DNA of 33,100 nucleotides. It comes from Candidatus Planktophila sp. (GTDB lineage Bacteria; Actinomycetota; Actinomycetes; Nanopelagicales; Nanopelagicaceae). A model generated the notes under the pieces. It was not told the origin of the DNA. It saw only the letters and a program-made list of their open reading frames with translations, and did no database searches. How positions within the stretch are numbered: the first letter of the stretch is position 1; each line of letters begins with the position of its first letter. The stretch spans positions 1 through 33,100 of the forward strand of contig JBIKPX010000001.1 in assembly GCA_044357195.1 (NCBI GenBank), written 5' to 3'. A program made the translations under genes and the position numbers. This document shows, piece after piece, positions 16,533 through 27,218 of this stretch.

Positions 16533-18017
16533 ATGAGCGAAATTACCCATTGGATAAACGGAAAAACTTTCGATGACTCGGCAAAACGTCATGGGGACAT
16601 TTTTAATCCTGCCACTGGCGAAGTTTCCAAGAAAGTTGCATTCGGCACCGCAGCAACTGTTGATGTCGCAGTAAAGGCAGCAACCGATGCGTTTGCAGAA
16701 TGGCGCCACAGTTCGCTGACAAAGCGCGTCAATGTTTTATTTGCTTTTCGTGAATTAGTAAATACAAATAAAGAAAAAATCGCAGCCCTGATTACTTCTG
16801 AGCACGGAAAAGTTCTTAGCGATGCCGCAGGAGAAGTAACGCGTGGACTCGAAGTTGTTGAATTTGCTTGCGGAATTCCACACCTACTCAAAGGTGGATT
16901 CTCAGAAGAAGTTTCAACTGGCGTGGATGTGTATTCAATCCGCCAAGCACTTGGACCAGTTGCAATCATCTCGCCATTTAACTTTCCTGCAATGGTTCCG
17001 ATGTGGTTCTTCCCAGTTGCTATTGCCTGCGGTAACACTGTCATCGTTAAGCCATCTGAAAAAGATCCAAGTGCTGCGATGTTCATGGCGCAATTATGGA
17101 AAGAAGCTGGATTACCAGATGGCGTATTTAACGTTGTTCATGGCGACAAGGAAGTTGTCGATGCAATCTTGACGCATCCAGGAATCAAATCACTTTCATT
17201 TGTTGGTTCAACTCCAATTGCTAAATATGTTTATGAAACCGGAACAAAATCTGGCAAGCGCGTTCAGGCACTCGGTGGCGCAAAAAATCACATGGTTGTC
17301 TTGCCAGATGCTGATTTAGATTTAGCCGCAGATGCTGCAATTAACGCAGGCTTTGGTTCTGCCGGCGAACGATGCATGGCAATTTCAGCACTAGTTGTTG
17401 TCGAACCAGTTGCAGATCTATTGGTTGCAAAGATTAAAGAGCGCGCAGTTAAGTTAAAAACTGGTGATGGCACAAAGGGATCTGACATGGGCCCACTTGT
17501 TACACAGGTGCACCGTGACAAAGTCGCTTCATACGTTGATGCGGGCGAAAAAGAGGGCGCAACACTTGTCGTTGATGGCCGCAGCGTTAACCCTGGCGGA
17601 AATGGTTTCTGGCTTGGGCCAACACTTTTTGATCACGTAACACCAAAGATGTCTATCTATACCGATGAAATTTTTGGTCCAGTTCTTAGTGTTATTCGCG
17701 TTAAGTCATATGACGAAGCACTTGCACTCGTTAATTCACACCAATTCGGAAATGGAACAGCAATTTTCACAAATGATGGTGGCGCAGCTCGTCGTTATCA
17801 AAATGAAGTTGAAGTTGGAATGGTTGGAATTAACGTTCCAATTCCTGTGCCGATGGCGTATTACTCATTTGGTGGTTGGAAGAATTCATTATTCGGCGAT
17901 AGCCATGCACACGGCACAGAAGGCGTGCACTTCTTCACTCGTGGCAAAGTTGTGACAAGCAGATGGCTTGATCCAAGTCATGGTGGAATTAATTTAGGTT
18001 TCCCACAAAATACGTAA
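16533..18017 (+). CDS. mmsA: CoA-acylating (methyl)malonate-semialdehyde dehydrogenase
   Basis: PFNFPAMVP, KPSEKDP, SFVGST, RVQALGGAKNH, GSAGERCMA catalytic Cys, EIFGPVL, VGINVPIPVP. Confidence 0.93.
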   Translation: MSEITHWINGKTFDDSAKRHGDIFNPATGEVSKKVAFGTAATVDVAVKAATDAFAEWRHSSLTKRVNVLFAFRELVNTNKEKIAALITSEHGKVLSDAAGEVTRGLEVVEFACGIPHLLKGGFSEEVSTGVDVYSIRQALGPVAIISPFNFPAMVPMWFFPVAIACGNTVIVKPSEKDPSAAMFMAQLWKEAGLPDGVFNVVHGDKEVVDAILTHPGIKSLSFVGSTPIAKYVYETGTKSGKRVQALGGAKNHMVVLPDADLDLAADAAINAGFGSAGERCMAISALVVVEPVADLLVAKIKERAVKLKTGDGTKGSDMGPLVTQVHRDKVASYVDAGEKEGATLVVDGRSVNPGGNGFWLGPTLFDHVTPKMSIYTDEIFGPVLSVIRVKSYDEALALVNSHQFGNGTAIFTNDGGAARRYQNEVEVGMVGINVPIPVPMAYYSFGGWKNSLFGDSHAHGTEGVHFFTRGKVVTSRWLDPSHGGINLGFPQNT

Positions 18018-18095
18018 TTTAAATCTCTTATTTAAGGCGTAATTGCCTACGATTTAAGTGATTGCAACCCCAACTGCTATTCTTCGCACGTTCTG

Positions 18096-18136
18096 TGAAG
18101 TTCTTCCAGAGCACATACGTCTGGAGTGAAATTTCA
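18096..18136 (+). promoter_or_regulatory. typA 5' leader hairpin sequestering the Shine-Dalgarno sequence
   Basis: TGAAGTTC-TTCCAGA (18096-18110) pairs with TCTGGAG-T-GAAATTTCA (18120-18136), which contains GGAG. Extended -10 TGCTATTCT at 18075-18083. Confidence 0.5.
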
Positions 18137-20038
18137 ATGTCTAAAGCATCTAGTGCGCACTTAGCTGGTCTGCCACAAAAGAAGCGCGAGAATCTTCGCA
18201 ACGTTGCAATCATCGCTCACGTTGACCACGGCAAGACAACTCTTGTTGATGCCATGTTGTGGCAATCAGGTGCTTTCGCGGCTTATAAGAAGCAAGACGA
18301 AGGTCAAGATCGCATGATGGATTCAATGGATCTAGAACGCGAAAAGGGAATTACGATTCTTGCCAAGAACACTGCTGTTAAGCGCGGTGACACAATTGTT
18401 AACATTATTGATACTCCAGGCCACGCAGATTTCGGTGGAGAAGTAGAACGTGGACTAGAAATGGTTGACGGCGTTATTTTGCTAGTCGATGCATCAGAAG
18501 GACCACTTCCACAAACACGTTTCGTACTACGTAAAGCACTTGAAAAGAACCTTCCAGTTATCTTGCTTATTAATAAAGTAGATCGCCCCGATTCACGTAT
18601 CGCAGAAGTTGTCGATGAGGCTTACGAATTATTCTTAGATCTTGATGCAAATGAAGAACAAATTGAATTCCCGGTTATTTATGCATCTGCAAAAGCAGGT
18701 CGCGCATCCCTTACACGTCCAGCAGATGGTGGAATGCCAGAAGAAGAAAACCTCGATGTTTTATTCGACACAATCTTTACTGCAATTCCAGCACCTGTGT
18801 ATCACGAAGGTGCACCACTACAAGCACACGTAACAAACCTTGACTCTTCACCATTTCTTGGTCGCCTTGCACTCTGTCGCGTACGAGAAGGTGTAATCAA
18901 AAAAGGTCAATCAGTTATGTGGATGAAAACAGATGGAACATCTGAGCGAGTTAAAGTTTCAGAACTACTCATTACAGAAGCGTTAGAACGTGTTCCAGCA
19001 CTTGAAGCACACCCTGGTGACATCATCGCTGTTGCAGGAATTGAAACAATTACATTGGGTGAAACTCTTGCTGATCTAGATAATCCGCATGCACTTCCAC
19101 CAATCATTGTTGATGAGCCATCTATCTCTATGACAATTGGTATTAACACATCCCCACTTGCAGGAAAGAGTGGAAAACTACTTACCGCGCGCCAAGTTAA
19201 AGGTCGTTTGGATGCTGAACTAGTAGGTAACGTTTCATTGCGCGTTCTAAATACAGAGCGTCCAGATACATGGGAAGTACAAGGTCGCGGGGAACTTCAG
19301 CTTGCAGTTCTAGTTGAAATTATGAAGCGTGAAGGTTTTGAATTAACTGTTGGTAAACCACAGGTAGTTATCAAGAAAATTGATGGCAAGGTTCACGAAC
19401 CTATGGAGCGTTTAACAATTGATGCACCAGAAGAATATTTGGGTGTCTTAACTCAGTTAATGGCCCTACGTAAAGGCCGCATGGAACAAATGGTTAACCA
19501 CGGCACTGGTTGGATTCGCCTGGATTACAAAGTTCCTTCACGTGGACTTATTGGTTTCCGTACTGAGTTCTTAACTGAAACTCGCGGTACAGGTTTGCTA
19601 CACCACGTATTCGATGGTTATGAAGCATGGCACGGAGATATTCGTACACGCGGTACTGGCTCCCTTGTTTCAGATCGTCTCGGAACAGTTACTTCATACG
19701 CACTCTATGGAACACAAGATCGCGGAACTATTTTCGTAGAACCTGGCGATGAAGTCTATGAAGGTATGGTTATTGGCGAGAATTCACGTAGCGATGACAT
19801 GGACGTTAACTGTGTTCGCGAAAAGAAATTAACAAACATGCGTGCATCAGGAACGGATGAATCAGAGCGTTTGATTCCGCCTAAGAAACTCAACATGGAA
19901 GGTGCTCTCGAATTCTGTCGCGAAGATGAATGCGTAGAAGTAACTCCAGCTGTTGTGCGAATTCGTAAGGTCGTTCTCGATGGATCTGAACGTGCACGCA
20001 CTACATCACGCCAAAAGAAGGCAAACCTCAACGCTTAG
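18137..20038 (+). CDS. typA: Translational GTPase TypA/BipA
   Basis: RNVAIIAHVDHGKTTLVD, EREKGITILAKN, DTPGHADFGGEVER, NKVD, GRGELQL, KKLTNMRASG. ATG 18137 follows GGAG. Confidence 0.97.
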   Translation: MSKASSAHLAGLPQKKRENLRNVAIIAHVDHGKTTLVDAMLWQSGAFAAYKKQDEGQDRMMDSMDLEREKGITILAKNTAVKRGDTIVNIIDTPGHADFGGEVERGLEMVDGVILLVDASEGPLPQTRFVLRKALEKNLPVILLINKVDRPDSRIAEVVDEAYELFLDLDANEEQIEFPVIYASAKAGRASLTRPADGGMPEEENLDVLFDTIFTAIPAPVYHEGAPLQAHVTNLDSSPFLGRLALCRVREGVIKKGQSVMWMKTDGTSERVKVSELLITEALERVPALEAHPGDIIAVAGIETITLGETLADLDNPHALPPIIVDEPSISMTIGINTSPLAGKSGKLLTARQVKGRLDAELVGNVSLRVLNTERPDTWEVQGRGELQLAVLVEIMKREGFELTVGKPQVVIKKIDGKVHEPMERLTIDAPEEYLGVLTQLMALRKGRMEQMVNHGTGWIRLDYKVPSRGLIGFRTEFLTETRGTGLLHHVFDGYEAWHGDIRTRGTGSLVSDRLGTVTSYALYGTQDRGTIFVEPGDEVYEGMVIGENSRSDDMDVNCVREKKLTNMRASGTDESERLIPPKKLNMEGALEFCREDECVEVTPAVVRIRKVVLDGSERARTTSRQKKANLNA

Positions 20039-20043
20039 TTCTG

Positions 20044-20067
20044 CCAGCCGAGTTCTTGGCTGGTTTT
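20044..20067 (+). terminator. Intrinsic terminator after typA
   Basis: CCAGCCGA-GTTC-TTGGCTGG followed by TTTT. Confidence 0.65.
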
Positions 20068-20095
20068 GTCACACGGGTCGGGCAAGATAACCACT

Positions 20096-23000
20096 GTGAG
20101 TAAAGCGAAAGTAACCCTTGTCGGCAATATTTCTGCTGCCCCTGCAATCACACTTTCGCCAGAACAATTAGCAATAACCACACATCGCAATTCACCACTG
20201 ATTGCACTCGGCGCCCCTGGCACTGGAAAAACAACAATGCTTATTCACTCAGCACTTTCTCGAATTAATCAAGGACAAAATCCAGATTCAATTCTGCTTA
20301 TTACCTTTGGCCGCGAAAGCGCATCTGATCTGCGCGATGCAATTGCGCTACAAACTAGCGCCACAATGCATGAACCACTTGCCCGCACGTTTCACTCACT
20401 CGCATTTTCTATTCTTAAAATGAAGTCTCACATAGATGATCCAGATCCAATTTTGTTATCTGGTCCCGAACAAGAAAGCTTTATTCGAGACCTCTTAGAA
20501 GGTGACATTGCAGATGGCTATCGACAGTGGCCACAAGATTTACACCTTGCCCTATCAACTCATGGTTTTGCTCGCGAATTACGTGACCTTATCTTGCGAG
20601 CATCAGAGCGTGGTGTTACACCAGAAAAATTAGAAAAGTACGCACAGAGTTATGGTGAGAAATATTGGCAAGGCGCTGCAGATTTTTGGAAGAGATATAA
20701 CGGGGCGATGTTCTTGCGCGAAGTTTCCGCTGGAGATTCAAAACTGCGAATTGATCCATCCGAATTATTATCTAGAGCAATTAGGCATCTAGAAATCAAT
20801 CCTGATCTGCTCTCAGAACTTCGCAATCGATTTAAAACAATCATGGTCGATGAGTTTCAAGAAACTGATCCTGCTCAACGACGATTATTGCGATTGCTTG
20901 CACCGGCTGATCTTGTTTTAGTTGGCGATGCGCACAGTGCAATCGGTCGCTTTAGAGGCGCCGATCCTGATGGCGTGAGTGGCGAAATTGATTACTACCT
21001 CAATCAAAATGGCACACAAGTAATTTTGAATCAAGATTTTCGAAGTACACAATCAACGCACGCAGTTGGTTTGAGTGTTTCATCGAATTTTAGACTCACA
21101 GGACAGACACATCAACGCTCATGTGTGAATGAAAAAACTAAGGGTGTTGTTGCAATTGAGCGATTGCGATCTGTATCTGAAGAAGCTCAATACATTGCCT
21201 ATCAATTTCGTCGAGCACACCTAGTCGATGGCGTTCCATACTCACAGATGGCTGTGCTTGTGCGATCACCTGGCTCGCTGACAAGTGCGGTACGCAGAGC
21301 ATTTGCACAAATTTCTATCCCAGTTGCGGGCGAACTCGAAGCGCTTGCAACTAATGCAAGCATTGCGCCATTTTTATTACTTGCCGAAATCGCAGTTAAA
21401 ACAAAGTCGCTTAATACAGAAAATGTAGAACGGCTATTGCTCAGCGAATGCGGGGGCGCCGATGCGATTTCACTTCGCCGAATTCGCAGATCTTTACTAG
21501 CAACTCGAGCAGAAGATGACAAACGAAGTGGCAATCAATTACTGATTGAGGCAGTTGATACTGGCGACATCTCTATTGAAGGCGCCGAACCAATTCTTCG
21601 AATCAATCTGCTTTTAACTAAAGCGCGTGTGGCTGCTAGAAAAGCGGATGCACGTGGTGAAGATTTACTCTGGGCAATTTGGGATAACGCACAAACAAGT
21701 GATGGCGCAAAACTTAGTACACAGTGGCAAGAGATCGCACTACGCGGTGGCAATCGCGGAGCGGCGGCAGATCGAGATCTCGATGCAATGATGCAACTCT
21801 TTCAAAGCGCACAACGTTTCTCAGAGAGATTTCCACTTTCTGGTGCGCATGCATTTATCCGTGAAGTAAGTGCAGAAGTTATTGCTGGCGATGTTATTAC
21901 CGCCCAAGGTCAACGTCCTGATTGCGTTGAGATACTTACGGTGCATGCGGCAAAGGGACGCCAGTGGGATCTTGTTGCAGTTGCTGGCCTGCAAGAAGGT
22001 TCGTGGCCAAACTTGCGCCAACGCAGTTCATTACTGGGCGCTGAAAGACTTGTTGAACGCGAACGTCACGGAAATCTTGCCCGTACTGAATTAGATGTCA
22101 TTGCAGCAGGTGCCCTATTAGAAGATGAGCGTCGTTTATTACACGTTGCTACAACACGTGCTCATCACTCACTCTTTGTTACCTGTGTTTCATATGAAGA
22201 TGATCAGCCATCACAATTCTTTGAAGAAATCGCTGGAGCAATACTTAATAAAAGTAGCGAAGAGTTAGCGCAATACTCTCTGCCGCGTCCCATCACAACA
22301 CCGGCGTTAGTAGCTGATTTGCGTTCGGCGCTGGATGGTGAACGAGCAATTCAAGCGGCATCAATTATTAAATCACTTGGTGATGCTGGAATCTATAGCG
22401 CAGATCCGCAGAGCTGGACAGGTGTTGCGCAGTTAAGTACCACCGAACCCATTATTGATCCAACAAAGGCTGTACCAATTTCGCCAAGTAGTGCGGAAAA
22501 CTTTACAGAGTGTGGGATGAAATGGTTTCTTGAAAAAAGCGGTGGAACAGATGGCGACAGCATCGCTCAAGTATTAGGCTCTGCGATTCACGCATTTGCA
22601 GCGCTGATGGTCCAAGAAGAAGGCATTACCGAATCAATCCTGGTTGAAAAACTTAAGAGTTCGTGGAATCTGATTGATCCGCAAGAAGGATGGGTCAGCA
22701 AAGGCTCGCAAGAAAAAGCGATTGCAATGATTTCTCGATTTATGAAATATCACATGAAGCACGATCGAGATGTTGTTGGGGTAGAAATTGGATTCGATGT
22801 CACAGTTGGCAAAGCAAGAATTGTTGGAACTGTGGATAGATTAGAAGTTGACTCTGCAGGCAACTTATTTGTTATTGATTTTAAGACGAGCAAAGATCCA
22901 ATTTCTTATGAAAAGGCCAAAGAGAATTTGCAACTTAAGAGTTATCAAATTGCAGTAACCGAAGGTGGTTTCACAGCGCACCATGCGAGTACAACTTCTA

Positions 23001-23218
23001 GCGGAGCAGCGTTGGTTTATTTGGGACATGATGTGCAGAAAATATCTACACGCGAGCAAGAGCCGATAGATATTCAAGCAGCTCGGACTCAGATTGAAGG
23101 CATCGCACAATCAATGGGAGCGGCGCAATTTGTAGCCGCAACTAACAAACGTTGCAAAGAGTGTCCCGTAAAGAGCTCGTGCCCAATTAAGGCAGAAGGG
23201 CGCACGGTGATCGAATGA
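20096..23218 (+). CDS. adnA: AdnA subunit of the actinobacterial AdnAB helicase-nuclease
   Basis: UvrD-like motor (GAPGTGKT, VDEFQE, FRGAD, TVHAAKG, EDERRLLHVATTRA) plus C-terminal PD-(D/E)xK nuclease (GTVDRL, IDFKT) with four Cys (ECG...CKECPVKSSC). First of the tandem pair. Start GTG 20096 is tentative. Confidence 0.88.
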   Translation: MSKAKVTLVGNISAAPAITLSPEQLAITTHRNSPLIALGAPGTGKTTMLIHSALSRINQGQNPDSILLITFGRESASDLRDAIALQTSATMHEPLARTFHSLAFSILKMKSHIDDPDPILLSGPEQESFIRDLLEGDIADGYRQWPQDLHLALSTHGFARELRDLILRASERGVTPEKLEKYAQSYGEKYWQGAADFWKRYNGAMFLREVSAGDSKLRIDPSELLSRAIRHLEINPDLLSELRNRFKTIMVDEFQETDPAQRRLLRLLAPADLVLVGDAHSAIGRFRGADPDGVSGEIDYYLNQNGTQVILNQDFRSTQSTHAVGLSVSSNFRLTGQTHQRSCVNEKTKGVVAIERLRSVSEEAQYIAYQFRRAHLVDGVPYSQMAVLVRSPGSLTSAVRRAFAQISIPVAGELEALATNASIAPFLLLAEIAVKTKSLNTENVERLLLSECGGADAISLRRIRRSLLATRAEDDKRSGNQLLIEAVDTGDISIEGAEPILRINLLLTKARVAARKADARGEDLLWAIWDNAQTSDGAKLSTQWQEIALRGGNRGAAADRDLDAMMQLFQSAQRFSERFPLSGAHAFIREVSAEVIAGDVITAQGQRPDCVEILTVHAAKGRQWDLVAVAGLQEGSWPNLRQRSSLLGAERLVERERHGNLARTELDVIAAGALLEDERRLLHVATTRAHHSLFVTCVSYEDDQPSQFFEEIAGAILNKSSEELAQYSLPRPITTPALVADLRSALDGERAIQAASIIKSLGDAGIYSADPQSWTGVAQLSTTEPIIDPTKAVPISPSSAENFTECGMKWFLEKSGGTDGDSIAQVLGSAIHAFAALMVQEEGITESILVEKLKSSWNLIDPQEGWVSKGSQEKAIAMISRFMKYHMKHDRDVVGVEIGFDVTVGKARIVGTVDRLEVDSAGNLFVIDFKTSKDPISYEKAKENLQLKSYQIAVTEGGFTAHHASTTSSGAALVYLGHDVQKISTREQEPIDIQAARTQIEGIAQSMGAAQFVAATNKRCKECPVKSSCPIKAEGRTVIE

Positions 23219-26200
23219 TTTCTCCATTAGAAATAGCTGCAGCTCTTCGAAGCGTTGACTCAAAAGTTTCTGATCCAACGCCTGAGCAAGTTGCAATCAT
23301 TAGCGCACCACTGGAACCGGCAGTTGTCATTGCAGGTGCGGGTTCTGGTAAAACTGAAACGATGAGTGCGCGAGTGTTGTGGCTCGTTGCCAACAAAATT
23401 GTGCGCCCCGATGAAATTTTAGGTTTAACTTTCACACGCAAAGCAGCTGGTGAATTATCTATTCGAGTGCGCAAACGTCTGCGTCAATTAAAAGAAGCTG
23501 GATTATTAGATAAAGACTTGGCTTTGGATACAGCAATTACCACCTATCACTCATATGCAGGGCGCATTCTTAGCGAGCACGCTATTCGCTTAGGTATCGA
23601 TGCAACGAGTGATCCACTGGGTGATGCTGCGCTGTGGCAAATTGCATCCGATGTTGTCCGTAATTGGCCTGATGAAAACTTCACAAATGAGAGCGCTGTT
23701 AGCACAGTCATTGATGATGTTATAGGGCTAGCAAAATTAGTTTTAGAACACCAAGTTTCATTTGATTCAATTAAGGCAGAAGATGAAAAAACGTTGGCAG
23801 AGTTTCAACGAATCGGTGGAACAAGCAATGAAGAAGTTCGAAAAGTAGTTCGTATTGCACAGCAACGAATTGCGATCTTGCCGATGGTTGAAGAGTTTCT
23901 TAAGCGTCGCAGGCAAGATGGACAGCTTTCATTTGATGATCAGATGTCGATTGCAGCTGACATCGCAGAAAAATTCCCTGAAGCGTGCGAATTAGAACGC
24001 GCAAAGTACAAAGTTGTATTACTCGATGAGTATCAAGACACATCTCAATCACAGGTGCGCATGCTTTCAGCCCTCTTTGGAAAAGGCCATCCTGTAATGG
24101 CTGTTGGAGATCCTTGCCAAGCTATCTATACATGGCGCGGTGCTTCGGCTGGAACAATTGGAACCTTTGCGAAGTATTTCCCAAAGAATGCCGGCCATAC
24201 TGGGGCTGAATTATTTAATCTCTCAATTACTTTTAGAAACGATAAGAAGATACTCGAAATTGCGAACTCAATTTCAGATCAGATTCGTTCTACTTCATCC
24301 GTTCGAGTAGACCCACTTCGTCCGCGCGATACTGCAGGAGATGGTGAAATTGCATATGGCGTATTTGAAACTCTCGACGGTGAAGCACAAGGTATTGCCG
24401 AGTACTTCTATAAACATTGGTTTGCACCTGAGCGCATAGCCATTGAAGAAGAGAAGCGAACATCCTTTGCTGTCTTGGTGCGCAAGCGTTCACAAATTTC
24501 AATCATTGAAAGTGCCCTGCGTGCACGAAGTATTCCGGTTGAAGTAATTGGCGTTGGTGGCTTAATTTATGTTGCAGAAGTCGCAGATGTTTTATCGCTG
24601 ATGAAAGTTGTGACAGATCCAGAAGCTGGCACGGCGTTGATGCGTCATCTAACGGGCCCAAGGCTGGCACTGGGCGCAAAAGATATTGCAGCACTTGGTG
24701 CGTATTCTAGGAAGCGTGCAAAGAGCGGGCATGAAGATTCTCACTCCTTCATTGCAAAGATTGCTGCTGGAAATCCTGATTCTGCCGAAGCTGATGATCT
24801 CTTCATTGGTTCTCTGATTGACGCGCTAGATGAAATAGAACAGTGCGATAAAGAATCTCGCGCTCAATTTAGTGAAGTTGGGTTTACGCGTTTGTCCCGC
24901 CTTGCATCTGACCTACGCAGATTACGTTCGCGTGCAGGTGGTTCGATTATTGATTTAATTACTGAGATTGAAAATTATTTAAACCTTGATCTGGAAGTTT
25001 CCTTGCGCGATGGCACACGCAATGGTCGCCGCCACCTTGAGCGATTCTTAGATGAAGCCTCAAAGTTTTCGCGCAGCGGTGGCAGCATCGCAGCCTTTAT
25101 TGAGTGGCTAGATGTGACATCAAAGAAAGAAGGCGGACTCAAATCTGGCGCTCCTGAAGTGCGCAGCGATGTTGTTCAACTCTTAACTATTCACACCGCA
25201 AAGGGCGCCGAATGGGATTTCGTTGCAATCCCGGGATTAGCAGAAGGAACCTTTCCAAGTACGTATACGAATGATCCAGATAACTGGATTACAAATGAGC
25301 GACAAATTCCATTTGTTCTTCGCGGAGATGGCGATGAGCTTCCTGTATTTTCATTGGCACAGTGCACAAAAGATAGCGAAGCAGGCAAAGTAATCACTGC
25401 TTATGGAAAATCTTGCGCAGCAATTAAAAAACAAGAAGAGATTCGACTCGGTTATGTTGCCGTGACTCGTGCTCGCACGCATTTGCTCTGCACAACATCA
25501 TGGTGGCGTGAAGGTTCTAGAAGTGTTGATCCCAGCGAATTATTTGCCCACGTTGCAGAAGTTGCTGACAAACGTGGCGGAGTATTACTTAGCCAAGTCA
25601 GTGCACCAGAAGATGGAGTTCGCAATCCTATAGAAGTAGATCCTGATAGCGCGTATTGGCCAAGGGATCCATTGGGTGAACGTCGTGAAGTATTCGATGC
25701 TGGTGTGGCACTAGTTATGAAATCACAACCACACTCACTTGCTTTAAGTGGCGATGAAACGTTGGATTCCTGGATACATGACGCGCAAGCACTTATTGCA
25801 GAAGTAAAAAACCGTGCGTCATCAACTATCGAAGTGGCGCTGCCCTCTCGCATATCAACATCGACTCTTGTTGCACTGCACGAAGATCCAGACGCACTGG
25901 CACTGGCTATTCGCAGACCAATCCCGCGTTCACAAGATCCTTATTCTCGTCGCGGAACACAATTTCACGCATGGGTTGAAAAACAATTTGGAGCGATGAC
26001 TTTATTTGATGATTCGTATTTAGATTATTTCGATCCAATTGAAGAAGATGGAAAACTTGAAGATCTAAAAAAGGCTTGGCTTGCTAGTGAATATGCCCAG
26101 CGCAAACCAGCAGCAATTGAAGTTCCCTTTGAATCTGTTATTGGTGGCGTGCTTGTGCGTGGACGAATCGATGCTGTCTATGAAACACCAGAAGGCTTTG

Positions 26201-26412
26201 AAGTTGTGGATTGGAAGACTGGGTCAAAACAACTCGGGCAATCAGCTGCAATTCAGTTGGCTATGTATCGCTTGGCCTGGGCGCGATTAAAATCAATTGA
26301 TGTATCTAAAGTAAGTGCAGCATTTCATTACGTGCCTACATCGGTGACAGATAAGCGTGCAGATTTACTCGATGAAGCAGCGTTAGTAAGTCTTATTCAA
26401 TCTCTACAGTAA
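23215..26412 (+). CDS. adnB: AdnB subunit of the AdnAB helicase-nuclease
   Basis: AGAGSGKTET, LTFTRKAA, LDEYQDT, GDPCQAIYTWRGA, TIHTAKGAEW, EEIRLGYVAVTRA, nuclease GRIDAV..VDWKTG..QLAMY. ATGA coupling to adnA. Confidence 0.9.
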   Translation: MISPLEIAAALRSVDSKVSDPTPEQVAIISAPLEPAVVIAGAGSGKTETMSARVLWLVANKIVRPDEILGLTFTRKAAGELSIRVRKRLRQLKEAGLLDKDLALDTAITTYHSYAGRILSEHAIRLGIDATSDPLGDAALWQIASDVVRNWPDENFTNESAVSTVIDDVIGLAKLVLEHQVSFDSIKAEDEKTLAEFQRIGGTSNEEVRKVVRIAQQRIAILPMVEEFLKRRRQDGQLSFDDQMSIAADIAEKFPEACELERAKYKVVLLDEYQDTSQSQVRMLSALFGKGHPVMAVGDPCQAIYTWRGASAGTIGTFAKYFPKNAGHTGAELFNLSITFRNDKKILEIANSISDQIRSTSSVRVDPLRPRDTAGDGEIAYGVFETLDGEAQGIAEYFYKHWFAPERIAIEEEKRTSFAVLVRKRSQISIIESALRARSIPVEVIGVGGLIYVAEVADVLSLMKVVTDPEAGTALMRHLTGPRLALGAKDIAALGAYSRKRAKSGHEDSHSFIAKIAAGNPDSAEADDLFIGSLIDALDEIEQCDKESRAQFSEVGFTRLSRLASDLRRLRSRAGGSIIDLITEIENYLNLDLEVSLRDGTRNGRRHLERFLDEASKFSRSGGSIAAFIEWLDVTSKKEGGLKSGAPEVRSDVVQLLTIHTAKGAEWDFVAIPGLAEGTFPSTYTNDPDNWITNERQIPFVLRGDGDELPVFSLAQCTKDSEAGKVITAYGKSCAAIKKQEEIRLGYVAVTRARTHLLCTTSWWREGSRSVDPSELFAHVAEVADKRGGVLLSQVSAPEDGVRNPIEVDPDSAYWPRDPLGERREVFDAGVALVMKSQPHSLALSGDETLDSWIHDAQALIAEVKNRASSTIEVALPSRISTSTLVALHEDPDALALAIRRPIPRSQDPYSRRGTQFHAWVEKQFGAMTLFDDSYLDYFDPIEEDGKLEDLKKAWLASEYAQRKPAAIEVPFESVIGGVLVRGRIDAVYETPEGFEVVDWKTGSKQLGQSAAIQLAMYRLAWARLKSIDVSKVSAAFHYVPTSVTDKRADLLDEAALVSLIQSLQ

Positions 26413-27190
26413 TTGGCAAGTGATCACTAATTCCTGTGGCAGTGGTTTTAATCGTCTTGAACTTTGAAATACCATCTTTGGTCAATATGTAATCAAATTG
26501 AATTTTTGCACCCCAACTTGGATACGTGTTTTGGGTCAGAAGAGATTTCCATTGTGAACCAAGAACTGGCAAGCCTTTAGGTAAATTCAAATCTCCCATG
26601 ATTGCAATTTTGTTACCAGTTTGGGAGGCAGATTCATCGGCCCATCTTTTGAGTTTCTTTAATTGTGCGATGTTAACTCCTGGAACAAATGAGAGATGCG
26701 TATTTATGATGCTCCACCCATTTTCTAGGTGGGCAACCAGTGCAACTCGTGGTTCGTCTTGCACATAAATAAAACGTGGTTTGCCTTTGCCATCTTCTCC
26801 ACCTGGCACAAGCAGTGGCATGCCAACTAGCGAGCGACCAAGTTCAATGCGTTCAAATGCGGTCACAGGAATTGTTGAAGCAAAACCAATTCCGTATCCA
26901 CCTTCGCCTTTGTTTTTCGCCGTAATAATTGATTCATCATGATCGTTAAGCCCACGCCATTTTTCGCCAGGTGTTCCAATGACAGAAGGAGCAAAAGCCC
27001 AATCAACTGCTTTCATTGCTTTGGCAATATCTTGGACTTGGTTGGCAGAGTTGCTGCGGGGCAGAAGGTAATCAACTTCTTGAATAGCTAAAACTTCTGG
27101 TGCGATTTTCTTAATTGCCCCCGGCAATGAGGCTGCATTACCAGGCGGGATGGCCATTGCGTGCAGCAGATTCCACGATGTCAGCCTCAT
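26393..27190 (-). CDS. Endonuclease/exonuclease/phosphatase (EEP) family protein
   Basis: TSWNL, LAIQEVD, NTHLS, MGDLN, FDYIL and SDHLP catalytic motifs. Confidence 0.88.
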   Translation of the reverse strand: MRLTSWNLLHAMAIPPGNAASLPGAIKKIAPEVLAIQEVDYLLPRSNSANQVQDIAKAMKAVDWAFAPSVIGTPGEKWRGLNDHDESIITAKNKGEGGYGIGFASTIPVTAFERIELGRSLVGMPLLVPGGEDGKGKPRFIYVQDEPRVALVAHLENGWSIINTHLSFVPGVNIAQLKKLKRWADESASQTGNKIAIMGDLNLPKGLPVLGSQWKSLLTQNTYPSWGAKIQFDYILTKDGISKFKTIKTTATGISDHLPITVEIE

Positions 27191-27218
27191 GCGCACAGGC
27201 TAGTAGCGTTGCCCCCCT

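Noticed and set aside
22480-23218. Cas4-like nuclease with four Cys suggesting a CRISPR or defence system
   Set aside because: It is the normal C-terminal nuclease domain of AdnA; no repeat-spacer array or cas genes are present.
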